A DNA stretch of 64,000 bases from the NCBI GenBank assembly GCA_025603075.1, contig MU626372.1, positions 1 to 64,000 on the forward strand, read 5' to 3'. Shown piece by piece: positions 38,700 to 51,837 of the stretch (position 1 is the first letter of the stretch; each line of letters begins with the position of its first letter). Source of the DNA: Neoconidiobolus thromboides FSU 785 (Eukaryota > Fungi > Entomophthoromycota). A program made the position numbers and the translations under genes. Under the pieces are notes generated by a model. It saw nothing but the letters and a program-made list of their open reading frames with translations, did not search any database and was not told the origin of the DNA.

Positions 38700-39116
38700 A
38701 TGCAATTCTTCCAAACTATCTTAGCTTTATCTGCTGCTTCATTAGTAGTTTCCCAAGATGCTCAATCCAGCAATCCAACTCCATCCTCTTCTGCTACTGG
38801 AGTTCCAGATAAAGCTTCCTCTGTTTTATCCAAAGCTAGTGAAAGTGCTTCTTCTATTAAAGATGCAGAATCTAGTTCTCTTTCTTCTGTTAGATCCGAA
38901 GCTACTTCTGCTTCCGACTCTCTTAATTCAAAAATTTCTAGTCTTACTGAGTCAGTAAGCTCTCAAATCTCTAGTATGCAATCCAGTGTCTCTAGTCAAA
39001 TTCAATCTAAGAGTTCTGAAGTTAAAGGTAGTGGTACCTCAGATGCTTCAATTTCTAGCTTTAAATTTGTTGCTTACTCAGTTCCTGTATTGGCTGTCGC
39101 TTACGCTAATCTTTAA
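38700..39116 (+). CDS. small Ser-rich secreted, probably GPI-anchored cell-wall protein
   Basis: Signal peptide, Ser-rich body, hydrophobic C-terminus. Confidence 0.8.
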   Translation: MQFFQTILALSAASLVVSQDAQSSNPTPSSSATGVPDKASSVLSKASESASSIKDAESSSLSSVRSEATSASDSLNSKISSLTESVSSQISSMQSSVSSQIQSKSSEVKGSGTSDASISSFKFVAYSVPVLAVAYANL

Positions 39117-40945
39117 ATTGTTGTATATCTTTTAAGCTTACTATCGTAAATAATAAAACAGTTAATATTTGATATTTTTGAGTTTTTATGTTTTTTTGAA
39201 CTTAATTTTAAACTTGATTTAATCAAGGTTAACTTTTGTGATTGAAATTCAAACTAACTTATTTAATAAATAATAATCCAAATCATATATAATACAAAAT
39301 AAAGGCTATATTACTTTTATCTTTATCAAATAGGTATATATATAGTTCATAAGACTAGATAGGTATCTAATTTTAGCTTATATTTAATATAATAGATACG
39401 CTTTTTATAAAAAATTTATCTACTAAATTTTCAAAAATTATCACTTCTTACTTAAGTGAACAAATAGTTTAAACAGAGAATACTGTCTACTGTCATATTC
39501 TACTTGAATCATAAAGCTGCTATAGGACTTGCTCAATTTTGTTTATATTTAAAAGATTAAACTAAGCGAGAGTAAGGCTCTGAAGACTATATGATGTTAT
39601 TAAATAGCTTTTTATAATATACAAAAAAGAGGTTACAGTTTTTATGCTGTTAAATAGCATGTTCAAAGGTCTCAGGAATTTATTGTAAGTTTTATTAAAT
39701 CTTTAGAGAACCAATCAATTTCTAGATAATTTATCTGTAATTTTTAATATTTACATTCAATTTAATATTTATAAAATGAAAGGTAAAAAATAGCCCCTTT
39801 TCATATTTTATATGAGAATTTTTTTTCTTGCTATAATTCATTCTTTTTTTAAAAATTTTCACAAAATAAACTTAATGTTAGCCTTTTGTCTTGACTTATT
39901 TTTAGGAAAACACAGGTTTTAAACAGTAAACCATATCAGTCTATTTTTTAACTAATCAACCACTTATGCACAATTTCTTTTTAATAATTTCATTTCCATA
40001 CTGAACTTATTTTTAATTATGTTATTTAATAAGTAGGTTCCTTAAGTTTAGACTTTAGTTTAAAAAACAGTAAGTATAATTGTCAAATATGCCTAAGTAC
40101 TTATCGTTTTATGTTCTTTTCAAATATGATTTATTATTTCGTTAATTTTAAATTTATTTATTTGTAATAAGTAATATAAAATATATAGAAACTTATTTTG
40201 AATAATAATTATCAGTTAATAAATTAAATTAAGTTCAAAAAGTAACTTTGATATACAAATTACCAAATCTTATTGTTAACTTAGTATTATCAAGTAACTA
40301 AATTTATTTAGAAATAGGAGTAAAAATAGAGAATAAAAGTTATTAGATACACAAAATATATTAAATCACTAAAACAAAACAAGGAAACTATAAATTATGT
40401 TTCATGCTTATTTATTTATTAAAGAACCACTATTAGATTCAACTTTTTGGAATAAGACTATTCTGATGCCTGAAGTATTAGATCCTGATAGTAAAATAGT
40501 ATTAAAAAATACAATTAATATAATAATTTTTATTTTCAAAACTAAATGTCAAATTTTCATTTTATTTTATCAACCTTAAGCTAAAAATAAACTTAAATGA
40601 GGAAGTTACAAACTCTTCTAAAAATAAACCATAGTTTAAAAAGAAGTACCGTAAGCCCAAATTAGAAGCAGAATTTTTAAGTTGATTGGAATGTAATTTT
40701 TGGAAGTTATAATTTAAATATTTTGGTGTTTTTAGCCAATGAAATCTCTGAAGCAATCCATTAATCTGAGAAAGCTGCAAGAAATTCCATAGAACTTTGA
40801 TTTGATTTGATAAAAAGCTAAAAATTGGTGGTTCCCGAACTTAAATCATCAATAAATTTAAAGGTGTCACAATAATTATTATATAAATAACATGTAATTT
40901 ATTACTTTACTTACTTTTTTTAAAACAATTTTAAACCTTAAAAAC

Positions 40946-42439
40946 ATGTTAAAGGGATTTATTTTATCTTTATTAGTGGCTTCATCACTTGCTTTGGACC
41001 CTATCATTGCCAAAGGAAATAAATTCTTCAATAAAAAAACTGGTGAAATATTCCATGTGAAAGGTATAGCTTATCAACCCCGTGGAACTACAGACGAATC
41101 CAAAAAAGATCCATTGGCCTTCCCAGAAAATTGTAAAAGAGATGTTGAATATTTCAAAGACTTAGGTCTTAATGTTGTTCGAGTATACGAAGTCGATCCC
41201 GCCAAAGATCATAAAGAATGTATGAAGATTTTTGCTGATGCTGGTATTTATTTAGCATTAGATGTACCTATACCAAAATATTCTATTAATCGGGATGAAC
41301 CTACTTATACTATTGATATGTTAGAGCACTTCAAACAAAATATTGATGCATTTGATCAATTCGATAACGTTGCTTTCTACTTTGCAGGAAATGAAATTAA
41401 CAATGATAAAACAAATACTGATGCTAATCCATTTGTTAAGGCTTCTTTAAGAGATATGAAAGCTTACATCAAAACTAAGAAGCATCAAGTATTAGTTGGA
41501 TATGCTAACAACGATGATACTGATACTCGTAAAAACATTGAAGCTTATTTTAACTGTGGTAAAGATGAAGAAAGAGCTGATTTTTATTCTGTTAATGTCT
41601 ATTCTTGGTGCCGCTCTGAATCATTTGAAGCTTCTGGTTATCCTGCCCTTACCAAAGAGTTTAAAGATTATAGCATCCCAATTTTCTTTAGTGAATATGG
41701 TTGTAATACCGCACGTCCTCGTGAATTCGTTAATGAATTAAAATCTATGTACGGACCTGATATGGAGGAAGTAGTTGCTGGTGGTATCCTTTATGAATAT
41801 ACTCAAGAAGATAACAAGTATGGTATTGTTAAAATCAACGGTGGCAAAGTAGAAAAGATTAAAGATGAGTATGATAACTTTAAGAAAGCTCTTGCTGGCA
41901 TCAAACCTAAGAAGTATACTATTGATAGTTATAACCCTAAAAATACCGAAGCTTCTACTTGTCCTAAAATTGGAAAGGATTGGGAAGCTAGTGAAAAATT
42001 ACCACCAACACCTTCAAATAAAAAATGTAAATGTATCGTAGATTCATTAAGCTGTAAGGTCAAAAAAACCGACTTAAGTGGTGATGAAATTGGAAAAACA
42101 TTTAAATACCTTTGTGAAAAGGCCGATTGTAAAAAAGGACTTGGTTCTGATCCTTCTAAAGGTGAATATGGTAACCTTTCTGGATGTTCAGCTATTGATC
42201 AACTTAGCTGGGCACTCAATGAAGTCTACATGAAAGAGAACAAGAATAGCGATGCTTGTGTTGGTGAAAGTGGATTAGGTGAAGTTCAAACTCCTAGTGG
42301 AGATCTTAAATCTTGTGATGGCGTAAAGGAAGATATCAGTGCTCCAGGTTCTGGAAGCAATGGTAGTAGTGGAGCTTCATTTACAAAATACTCTTCTTCT
42401 TTGTTAGCAGTTGCAGTTGTTGGTAATTACCTTCTTTAA
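40946..42439 (+). CDS. GH72 beta-1,3-glucanosyltransferase (paralog of 26789-28288)
   Basis: Same GH72 motifs, X8 Cys box and GPI-like tail. Confidence 0.95.
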   Translation: MLKGFILSLLVASSLALDPIIAKGNKFFNKKTGEIFHVKGIAYQPRGTTDESKKDPLAFPENCKRDVEYFKDLGLNVVRVYEVDPAKDHKECMKIFADAGIYLALDVPIPKYSINRDEPTYTIDMLEHFKQNIDAFDQFDNVAFYFAGNEINNDKTNTDANPFVKASLRDMKAYIKTKKHQVLVGYANNDDTDTRKNIEAYFNCGKDEERADFYSVNVYSWCRSESFEASGYPALTKEFKDYSIPIFFSEYGCNTARPREFVNELKSMYGPDMEEVVAGGILYEYTQEDNKYGIVKINGGKVEKIKDEYDNFKKALAGIKPKKYTIDSYNPKNTEASTCPKIGKDWEASEKLPPTPSNKKCKCIVDSLSCKVKKTDLSGDEIGKTFKYLCEKADCKKGLGSDPSKGEYGNLSGCSAIDQLSWALNEVYMKENKNSDACVGESGLGEVQTPSGDLKSCDGVKEDISAPGSGSNGSSGASFTKYSSSLLAVAVVGNYLL

Positions 42440-42580
42440 AGTAATACCGTTTATATTATATATCATTAATTTTCAATAAAATTATTATAATTTAATTAAT
42501 TTTGAGTGTCTTTTTAAAGATTTTATTTAATTTTTGGCCATTTGTACTTTAAATTAGCTTGATTCTGTTATCTAGCATTT

Positions 42581-42678
42581 AGGAATGTTTTTTACGTTTA
42601 AGAATTTTACTAATAAATTCTCCGCTTAAATAGCGCTTAAAGGATAGAAAAAGTAATGAAGCCAAAAAAAACACTTCC
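42581..42678 (+). mobile_element. MITE family copy
   Basis: TSD ATTT/ATTT. Confidence 0.85.
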
Positions 42679-43457
42679 ATTTTATCTGAACATGTTTTAT
42701 CCTAAAAATCTGAAAATAAAAGGGATGTTTCTTTCTTTTACTATTTTGTTCACTTTTAAGCTTTAATTTAGAAAACTATCAGCTAAATTTAAGACAACAA
42801 AACATCAGTATACGCTGCTTGTATGTTGTATTTGCGCACTTCTTGAGAGAAAAATGCGCACTATTAAATTTTAGTTTACCTTTTTAGACAAGAAGCCAGA
42901 ACAATCTCGGATTTTTTTATTACACATCCATAAAGGATAGTATAATTTATTTAATAAAGTATTAAGAAAATGAAGGGATAGAGGTAAGAAGGTTAATTGC
43001 GTAACAAAAACCTCCTTTCATTTCTTCTAAGTATTAGAATTAATAAATTCGAAATAAGCAAGAAAAATAATGATGAATTTTATACATAATAGAAAGGAGT
43101 AATTTTTCATTTAAAAGACTTGGGTAATAAGGACGTAATTTTCTAAGAAAGATATTATTGTTAATAAATACAATTCCTTATATAAATTAAATTAATATTA
43201 GCCTATAATATCCTTAAAAGCATTCATAAAAATCTTTACGAGATATACTTACTTATACTAGAATATACTTGATCCATTTAAATTAAAATTACTACATAAA
43301 GTATGTTAGACTCTAAGAGGATCTTGGATATGAAAATCTTATAATCATCGAGACAGTTCATTTGTTTTATAAAACTTTATTATTGATAGTTATTTAAAGT
43401 TCCACTAAATAAAATCACTTCCAATTGAATCTTTTAGAAACTCAATATCAGAAATAT

Positions 43458-43552
43458 GGGGATGTATTTTTTGTTTAAGAATTTTACTATCAAGTTTTCC
43501 ACTCAAATAGCGCTTAAAAGATGGAAAAAATGAAGTCGAAAAAAACACTCCC
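43458..43552 (+). mobile_element. MITE family copy
   Basis: ATAT/ATAT flanks. Confidence 0.88.
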
Positions 43553-43758
43553 ATATACTCACTCTATTCATTTTTATGTAATGTAAAATCAAAAACTACA
43601 TTAATACAGAAACGAGGGCATAAATGATTTAAGTTTTTCATGTGTAGTTAACATTGAAATCGATATTAAAAAAGAATTTGTAGATAAGAGACTAATTATT
43701 AATATAAAAAACTTTATTTATAAGTCGAGATTTTAAAGTATATTAATTACTAATTAAA

Positions 43759-44265
43759 TTATAAGTTGTTAGCAGCGAACAAGGCTAAAGCTGCTGAGAA
43801 GACGAAATATTGTGGTTCACTTACAATTGAACTAGAGCTAGAGTTACTAGAAGATAATTTAGAGCTGGTACTGGAAGCTTTAGATGAAGCAGATGAAGCC
43901 TTTGAAGATAATGAGCCTGAAGCAGATGAAATGCTATCAGAAGCTGAACTTATAGCTGAAGAAACATTATCAGTAGCTTTGCTTACGGCAGATGAAAGAG
44001 AATCAGTGGCTTTGCTTACAGCAGAAGATACAGAATCAGTGGCCTTAGAGACATCAGTAGAATCAGTGATTTTAGTAGCAGAATTTCCAGCACTAGTTTT
44101 AACGTTATCAACTAAACTGGAAGCATTGGTGAAGATGTCGTTAGCTGCGTTAGCAATATCATTACCCACGGCACCAAGGGCATCAGTGATTTTTTTACCA
44201 GTATCATCTTGAGCTAAAGTAGATGAAGCTAATACAGTAACGAAGGCGAGTTTGGTGAATTGCAT
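43759..44265 (-). CDS. small Ser/Ala-rich secreted, probably GPI-anchored protein
   Basis: Signal peptide MQFTKLAFVTVLASSTLA; 11-aa VSSAVSKATDS repeats; hydrophobic tail. Confidence 0.8.
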   Translation of the reverse strand: MQFTKLAFVTVLASSTLAQDDTGKKITDALGAVGNDIANAANDIFTNASSLVDNVKTSAGNSATKITDSTDVSKATDSVSSAVSKATDSLSSAVSKATDNVSSAISSASDSISSASGSLSSKASSASSKASSTSSKLSSSNSSSSSIVSEPQYFVFSAALALFAANNL

Positions 44266-44565
44266 TTTAGATATTATTAAGTTATTGAAATTATAAATAT
44301 AAATTTATTTGTTATTTAATTTTAAGAGATGAGTTGAACCCTTTTTATATACTAATTTTTTCTGCTAAACTATATAATTTATTTTTAGATCCCTTGTTTT
44401 TCCGCTATTTCGATTACGCTATTTCGAGTTTATGGGAACAATAGGTTACTATTATGAGCATTATAACGAGTAATATTAAATAGTGGTAAATATCCTGCTA
44501 ATTAGTGGTGGATTTTTGCCAAGGAATTTCAAGCCATAAATTCATTATTATTAAATATTCCTATC

Positions 44566-44636
44566 TTAAAGGTTTGATTGGCCTCTAAAAATTCAGCAAT
44601 GCATAAATGTGGCTCTACCAACTGAGTCACCTTTAC
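44566..44636 (-). other. tRNA-like relic (D-arm and acceptor stem only)
   Basis: GTAAAGG-TG-ACTCAGTTGGTAGAGC...CCTTTAA with canonical 71-nt spacing; no TTC T-loop, anticodon stem does not pair. Confidence 0.25.
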
Positions 44637-45563
44637 CTAATTGCACATTTAACTTATAATTTTGCTTGAATTCTCTTATTTAAGTTAATAAAACAAAATG
44701 GATTAATTAATAACACACAGGGCATAGTTTGAGTTAAAGATGAAAATGAAAGATACAAGAAAATCTTAGCTTAAACCCTTCCTCAAGAAAATACTACTTG
44801 GCGTGTTTCTATTTTTAAGTTTATTAATATAGAAATAACATATTGGCGTTTTCAACTTAACCAAACTTTTCCAAATTATTCTGTAACTAGGCAATTAAAA
44901 CGGAGATGCTTAAAGCTGCTACTTTAATGTACAGAAAATAATTAAGAAAGATCAATTATTGAAAATCTCAAATCATTAATACAAATGAAGAATAAATAAC
45001 ATTAGAATAAAGTATTTTCTAATTAATTGTTTTTATAAAGGATCCACTTAACAATCTATATGTTATTATTTTTTACACAACAATCTATAGTTATTATTGT
45101 TACTAAAGTTTAATTAAAAAATAGCATTGCAACTTTATTTATTGTTTTAATGTTTTTAGAACTCTTATATAACATAGTTCTTTTATGTTTTATTTTTGAA
45201 AGTGATTAAAAGTTAAAGAATTACGATTCTCAATTGCCCACTAAACATTTTTTAAATTTGAATTTTAATAGGTGAGCGTTTGTTCCTTAAAAAGGAGGTT
45301 GGGCTTTGCCCATTTAAGCTTAGTTTTTAAACAGTAATTTTCTAATTTATGTTAATTTAACCTATTAAATGGTTATGACGAATATATACATTCAAATAAA
45401 AGGTGACATTGGATCAAATATGTCTAAAAAATTAGCTGATCAAGGATTGATTTGATTAGCTAATTTTTTTTGGATTTTATTGGCCCCATATTGTTATTGA
45501 CGAATTCGATTAAAGGGATTAGCTGTAATCAAATTCTTAAAAAAGTTGATGACGCTCAAGAGG

Positions 45564-46520
45564 TCAAGCAGTTTGTGGTTTAGCAAGTTCAATACTGTTA
45601 GTGGCACCGAGAATACGTTTAATATCGCCGTAAATAGCGAACTGGCCTGATGTAAGGGCACCAACCATGATAATACGAGCGCCAAGGCCAAGAAAGAGCC
45701 CACGTGGACCAAGTTCTTTAGCCGCGATGATTAAGCGAGGTACAATAGACCCTTCAGCACCCTTTTGTTTATTGATTTTAGAGAGAAGGGTATCAGCTGG
45801 TTGGGATATAATAGCAGCAGCAAAACCAGCAATCAAACCAGCACCAAGGTTGATATAAGTATTAGTGACTGGAGAAAGTTGTTCCTTTGATTTGCCAATG
45901 GAAGCGTAGATGGCTTCAGTGGCACGTTCGTAGGCAACAAATTTAGTCATGTTGTATGGAACTTGTTTGAAAAGAATCGGGATGAAACCGGAGTAGAAAC
46001 CACGGGCTACACCTTCTTCTTTAAAGATACGACTGAAACCCGATATAAGGCCAGTAGCGAATCCAGGTTGAGAAACAAGACGAATACGAGTGGCTTCAAG
46101 TGGGCAAAGAGCGATATCAGCAAAGAATTCAGCAATAGCTGAAGAAGCAAGGTATACGGCAGTACGATTATTAGTGGCAGTTTCAACACCAACTGTTTCA
46201 ATAATGGTCTTTTTGAAGAATTCATATCCCCCAAATTTAAAGGCACCTTGAATAAAATAACCAGTAACAGTTGGTCCAAGACCAGTAAGAAGGATACCAG
46301 CACCTTCATTCTTAACTACTTGGCGGAAAGAACCAAGCATTCCATTTTTGTACACAGTTGGTTCAAGCTGCATACGAGTTTTAACAACATCAATTGGGGT
46401 TAAAGTACCATGGGTAACAGCGCAGGAAATGGCACCTGCAAAGGCAGAGCGGGCAAAAAAGTCTATTCCAGTTGGTGGAGCAGATTCTTTAGGCTTACGA
46501 GCAATAATATTTGAGTGCAT
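45564..46520 (-). CDS. MIR1: mitochondrial phosphate carrier
   Basis: Three PxDxxKxR-type carrier repeats; [17 protein letters not shown] and [21 protein letters not shown] are typical of Mir1/PiC. Confidence 0.92.
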   Translation of the reverse strand: MHSNIIARKPKESAPPTGIDFFARSAFAGAISCAVTHGTLTPIDVVKTRMQLEPTVYKNGMLGSFRQVVKNEGAGILLTGLGPTVTGYFIQGAFKFGGYEFFKKTIIETVGVETATNNRTAVYLASSAIAEFFADIALCPLEATRIRLVSQPGFATGLISGFSRIFKEEGVARGFYSGFIPILFKQVPYNMTKFVAYERATEAIYASIGKSKEQLSPVTNTYINLGAGLIAGFAAAIISQPADTLLSKINKQKGAEGSIVPRLIIAAKELGPRGLFLGLGARIIMVGALTSGQFAIYGDIKRILGATNSIELAKPQTA

Positions 46521-47119
46521 ATTAATTAATAGCTAATAGCTTTTAATAGCTGGATCGTAAAATTATAAGTCTAAGTATAATAAAGAAAAGTTCGAAATTT
46601 TTTAATTTTGTTGAAACTTAAAGATTATGATATATTATAACCAATTAAGAAAATAGAACATTTGACCTTTCAGTTGAGATGTATAACTTTTCTTAAGCTA
46701 TATTTGAGGTTGGAAATGTAAGCCTTTCAATTGGCTATCGCTTTTTACACATTTCGAATTATCTCAATTCAACAGATCAAGTGTCTCTTCGCTATTTTTA
46801 TAATTGGTTATACTATCTTTTTTATCTTAAATTAGTTCATCCCCAATTTATTTAATATATTGCTCTATGAATCTCCAAGTTAAATGTTAGGGGTTAATAG
46901 TGATGAATAATGAAATAAGTTAGCAAAAAAACACTATCGAAATACATCAAAAAAAAAGTAAAAAACATAAAAAAATTAAAGAAATAAAAATTAATAATTA
47001 TTAGTAGTAAAAATATAAAATAATAATACAAAATTTTTAATATCAAATTAAATATTTTTTAAACCAGCTATCATTAATATAAAAAATATCAAACAAAAAA
47101 GAGAGGATCCATCATTGAA

Positions 47120-47800
47120 CTAAATTAAATGGTATTTGGACTGTTTAAATCGAAGTAATTCAAGTTTACGAAAAGCCAGCTTTTGACGGTATCTTAGCAC
47201 TGTACCAGCCAGATAGGAAACTAAAGATAAGAATAGCAATATGGAATAAATCGATAATCCTATTGGGAACCCTACTAAGTAAGTCCCATCTGCTTCCAAT
47301 TGAGCATCATAAGTATACCCTTTTAACTTAACTCTCTTTTTGTTAGGTACATTTGACTGTTGAGTAATATTATTTGTGGCTTCGATATTAGTAGTAGTGT
47401 TAGTTTCAAATTTAATAATATTCCACTTATCAAGTGACATATTAAAATCATTTGAATCTATTAATTTTGATTTAATAATAATTTGAAATTGCACATCATT
47501 ACTTGATTTTATTGTAAAATTATTATCATTAAAATTGTAAATTAAGTTAGTTGGTATTATATTCATAATTTGAATCTCATTATTTTGAAATTGATTACTT
47601 AAATAATAAGTTGTATCTGGTGTTATATTCCATTGAATCGTATAGTTGACTTCAATGACATTACTTTCTACGCGCTTAATGTCATTGACACTTGTAAGTA
47701 AAGAATAGTTGTTGGCATTATCGCATTTTATAAGAAATAAAGAAGAGAAATAAAGAAATAAATAGAAATAATAATAATTAATAGAAGGCATTAATTTCAT
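47120..47800 (-). CDS. single-pass membrane protein of unknown function
   Basis: N-terminal hydrophobic signal, Asn-rich ectodomain, C-terminal TM helix followed by basic residues. Confidence 0.65.
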   Translation of the reverse strand: MKLMPSINYYYFYLFLYFSSLFLIKCDNANNYSLLTSVNDIKRVESNVIEVNYTIQWNITPDTTYYLSNQFQNNEIQIMNIIPTNLIYNFNDNNFTIKSSNDVQFQIIIKSKLIDSNDFNMSLDKWNIIKFETNTTTNIEATNNITQQSNVPNKKRVKLKGYTYDAQLEADGTYLVGFPIGLSIYSILLFLSLVSYLAGTVLRYRQKLAFRKLELLRFKQSKYHLI

Positions 47801-49497
47801 TATTAAAAAGTAGAATAAAAAACATTAAAAGATAAACCTATTGTTTATTAAAATTATTATTTATTTGTTGATACCCCCTTCTTTTTTAATTCAGTTAGCT
47901 TTCATTTATCTTCAACAAGTATTATTTGCCATGTGAAAATTGCTAAATTTAGACTTTACGTTGTATGGACTTTGTTGATTTACCTAATATACGAAGGTTT
48001 TCTTAATACCCTATTGGTTATCATTTTCATTGTTTGAAACTAACATTAAGAGCTGATTTAATGTTTGTTTTTCAAGGCTTACTGAAAATTAAGATTTTAA
48101 TAGTAAATTTTTACTTGCTTTAGTAGATTAGCCAAAGGGTGCAAGCATTTATTTTTCCAAAGCATTAATACAGAAATTTGGTATAGTTTTTTGAGTTTTA
48201 AGGCATAAAGCCAAGAGAAGAGTTTATTTGCGAAAATTAAAAATAGCCATTTTTTAATATAAAAAACTGTAAAATTAAATCATTTAAACAGTATAACATA
48301 CTATTTTTATAAATTAAAAAGAATTAAATTACAATATTTGAATTACAATATTTGAATTTATAGATTAATTGATTAAATGTTTTCAAATCTCAATTAAAAT
48401 GTCCCAGTTTAATCTAGTAGCTGTAATTTTATTATAGTTATTTTGCTTGGGGAAAGTGATCCATTTTTATCATCCCCCTATTTTTTATTTTCAAGATGAA
48501 ACGCTGTTTTAGCAGTAAAAAGCCAAAAGACATAATATAATTTATAAAAATATATGTAAGAATCAAGTTTCCAATACCATAAGTTGCATATTAAATGTAA
48601 ATTAATAGTGGGATGTTTATAAGAAGCAACTTAGATATGAAAGAGATCTATTTAAAGTATAAATAAGCAATCAAGAAATCAAATTAAACCTCAGATGTCA
48701 AAAGAAAACAACTTAAACAAAAGCAAAAGCTTTATAAAGGAAGATTTTATTGAATTAGCAATAAAGATAGAAGCTGAAAAGATTACTAATTAATAATAAG
48801 ATAGCAGTAATAGCTGAAAGTTATTGTAAATGCTCGGGGAGACATTAGAAGTTAGCGATTTACAACTTTGAAATGTAGTATCTATTGCTCCATTAGTTTG
48901 AAACTGTGATCTTGTTCCCAATAAAATGAAAAACACAGGATGTTTAAAGTTTTTATGGACGTTTTTAAGGCAGTATAATTTTGAAAGAAGTAGGGATAAG
49001 ATAGCAATATTAATAAATATGGTTTGAAATAATCTGCTTTTTAATAGTTTTGATTTTTGTATTAATAGAATCAAAAATATTAAAATTATTAATATTGAAA
49101 CAAAATGACCTAAAATATGTCTTTTCAAACTTTTAAGAAAATTCGAATTTTATATTTATATTGAAGGCTTTATATTTAAGTATCTTTATATATATTAAAA
49201 TAATAATTATTAATTTATAGTTTATCACTTAAATATATATTTCAACTTTAAAAAGAAACAATTTATTATATAAACTATTTTTTTATAGAAAAAAAGTAAA
49301 ACAGAATGAACAAAATTAAATATAAATATATATTATTTATAACAAAAAATAAACTAGAACATTATTTATTAAGATTTATTTGTTATATCTAATTAAAAAT
49401 TTCAATATGATCAACCTAAACCAGTACATATAAATTTATAAAAGCAGATGCTTATATTTTAAAAGTTTAATAAAGCTTTAATCTAATAATGAAATAT

Positions 49498-49593
49498 GTG
49501 GATGTATTTTTGTGTTTAAGAATTTTACTAACAATTTTTCCACTTAAATAACGCTTAAAAGGGAGAAAGTAATGAAGCCAAAAAAACACTCTC
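49498..49593 (+). mobile_element. MITE family copy
   Basis: ATAT/ATAT flanks. Confidence 0.88.
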
Positions 49594-50001
49594 ATATGAT
49601 AAAAAAAGTTTTGAAATACAAAAGTTTTTTTAAATTAAAAATTACTGTTAAAACATTTAAATATTGACTTTTAAACAAATAATTAAAGAGTATTATGAGT
49701 TTATGTTAAGTAAATATTCTTCATTAGAATACAAGGTAACAAATAACTAAGGGGATGAGGGGCATGTAATGGGGAATAAATCAAAGCATATTAAGTGGTA
49801 TTTTCTAAAGTAAGCAATAAAAGAGAAAATTCATTTAATTATGAAATGTGATAAAAGCTACTCATACTTTATATAATTGTGACGCACCTCTATTCAAACC
49901 TTCGAGTACTGTAGCTAATTGTGAAAAATTCTATTTATACAGAGGGAAGGCTGGATATTTCCTTTTCAAGAGGGAACTATTAAAGAATCTAAAATATATA
50001 T

Positions 50002-50092
50002 GGGGATGTTTTGTTTAAGAATTTCATTAATGATCTTTTCACTCAAACAATGCTTAAAAAATGGAAAAAGTGATGAAATCAAAAACATCCTC
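50002..50092 (+). mobile_element. MITE family copy
   Basis: ATAT/ATAT flanks. Confidence 0.85.
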
Positions 50093-51837
50093 ATATAAAA
50101 GGTTTTAGACAACATGCCAATGATAGAAAAAAAGCTGATTTTGAAAGATTTAAGCTACATAATGCAGATGAAAATTTACCTCATTAATCCTTTGGTTCAA
50201 CTTAAATTATTGTTTTGATAATTACAACCAAAATTTTTAATGACAAATTTATTTATCCTTAAAGCTATTAATGTGTTTATGAATGCATTTGTACCAAGCA
50301 AGGTGGGAGTTATGTTAGTATCTTATGGCGGTCAAAAGGTTGTATAGGAGATTACTTCAGAAGGACTTTAACCTACAACCATCTAGCTTTAGAACTTGGT
50401 GAGCGTGATATTGCTTATATGAAATTTGTTCATTATTATAATTGCTGACTTCAACGGTTACTGCCAAAAATTTGGTGAATAAATTTTCTATTGATGGCGA
50501 AAGCTTAATTTTTAATATATAATAAACATTGTTACAAATTGCTTTATACGTTTCTTTACTCTTTTATTATCTTTTATCTTAGTGTCTTGAATATTGATAT
50601 TTTTATAAAGTTTTTCAAACACACTCTTGTATATTTAGTATTTAATATACATAAGACTCTATTTTACTCATTTAAGTTTGCTTTTGACCATGATGGTTAT
50701 TATGTAATATAGGTAAAAATACTTCTGTTCTCAAAGCAGAGGATTTTGTTAAGGAAATGTAAGACGAGAAGTACTACGACATAAAAAGGATATAATAATT
50801 TATATTTAAATTCTCTATGAATAAGAAAACATTCAATCTTCTTTGATTATTATTTAAAGTTAGCGTCCTATACCCCGAGACTTTATTTTTGAAGCAACAG
50901 AGTTATCCAAAGGAAGTATATTTGTTGGATTTACACCAATACTTTATAAAAAGGCTATAGGTTGTATACACATAGTGAAGAGGTTAAAAGTTTACTTACT
51001 TGGTTAGGACCTTTAGCTTAAATGACTTTATTTAAAACTATGTAGTATTTTGAATTTGAGCCCTATTTACAATTTGATTAAGCTGCTGTGATGACATTAG
51101 TCTAAATAATTTTTAAACAAAGTACTAAATTTAAAAATATCTTTTGTGTAAAACGCAAATTCTGTTCTAAAAATTATAAATTATAATTCTTGGCAAAACA
51201 CCTTAATACTTCATAGGGTGAGAAATGCTAGCATCTCTCTTTTTGACTCTCCTAGAGCTTTATTCATTTTATAATAAATTTTAACATTGATAGAAGTTCC
51301 AAAACATATCATCTATTATTTATATTATGCTAAAACCTTATGAGTTTATGTCTTTAAGTGTGTAGTAAAATTTATTTAACAAATCCTAATAACTTCAAAA
51401 AACACATAAATTATTATAATTTCAATAGCTAACTTTTAGTAAGGTTGTAAACGATTCGCCTATGTTATATTACTTTAAGAACTTCGAGTTTGTGTAGCAA
51501 TTTAAAATTTCTTATAATAAATCATATCAATATAATTTGGAATAGGGTTGACTAGAATAATGAACTTTTTAACTATATTATAAAACTTTGATAAAAAAAT
51601 ATTGCTATAATAATACTAACATGTAATATTTATATATTGACGTTATTTATTTGGTTATTTTTAATTATATGAATTAAATTTAGATGAAAAAACAAGATTT
51701 CTAATTTTAAAATCCCGAAAGGGTCCAAAAGCTTAAATTATTTTCGAAAAAGTAGGAACCAAATAGGAACACATCGTATCAAAATATATATAAATGTCCA
51801 ACTTTAGCCAAGCTTTCGGACATGCTTTTTTTTAGTA

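Noticed and set aside
42835-42864. Two TGCGCAC metal-response-like motifs
   Set aside because: Located between convergent 3' ends, not in a promoter
43766-44212. Antisense ORF to the Ser-rich gene (also 7615, 38758)
   Set aside because: Mirror of low-complexity codons; the signal-peptide strand is the plausible gene
48790-49128. 112-aa hydrophobic ORF
   Set aside because: Intergenic-level AT composition, Ile/Leu/Lys-rich, no motif or paralog
50280-51020. Slightly GC-enriched stretch that looks like decayed coding sequence
   Set aside because: Stops in all frames and no recognisable motif; cannot be assigned
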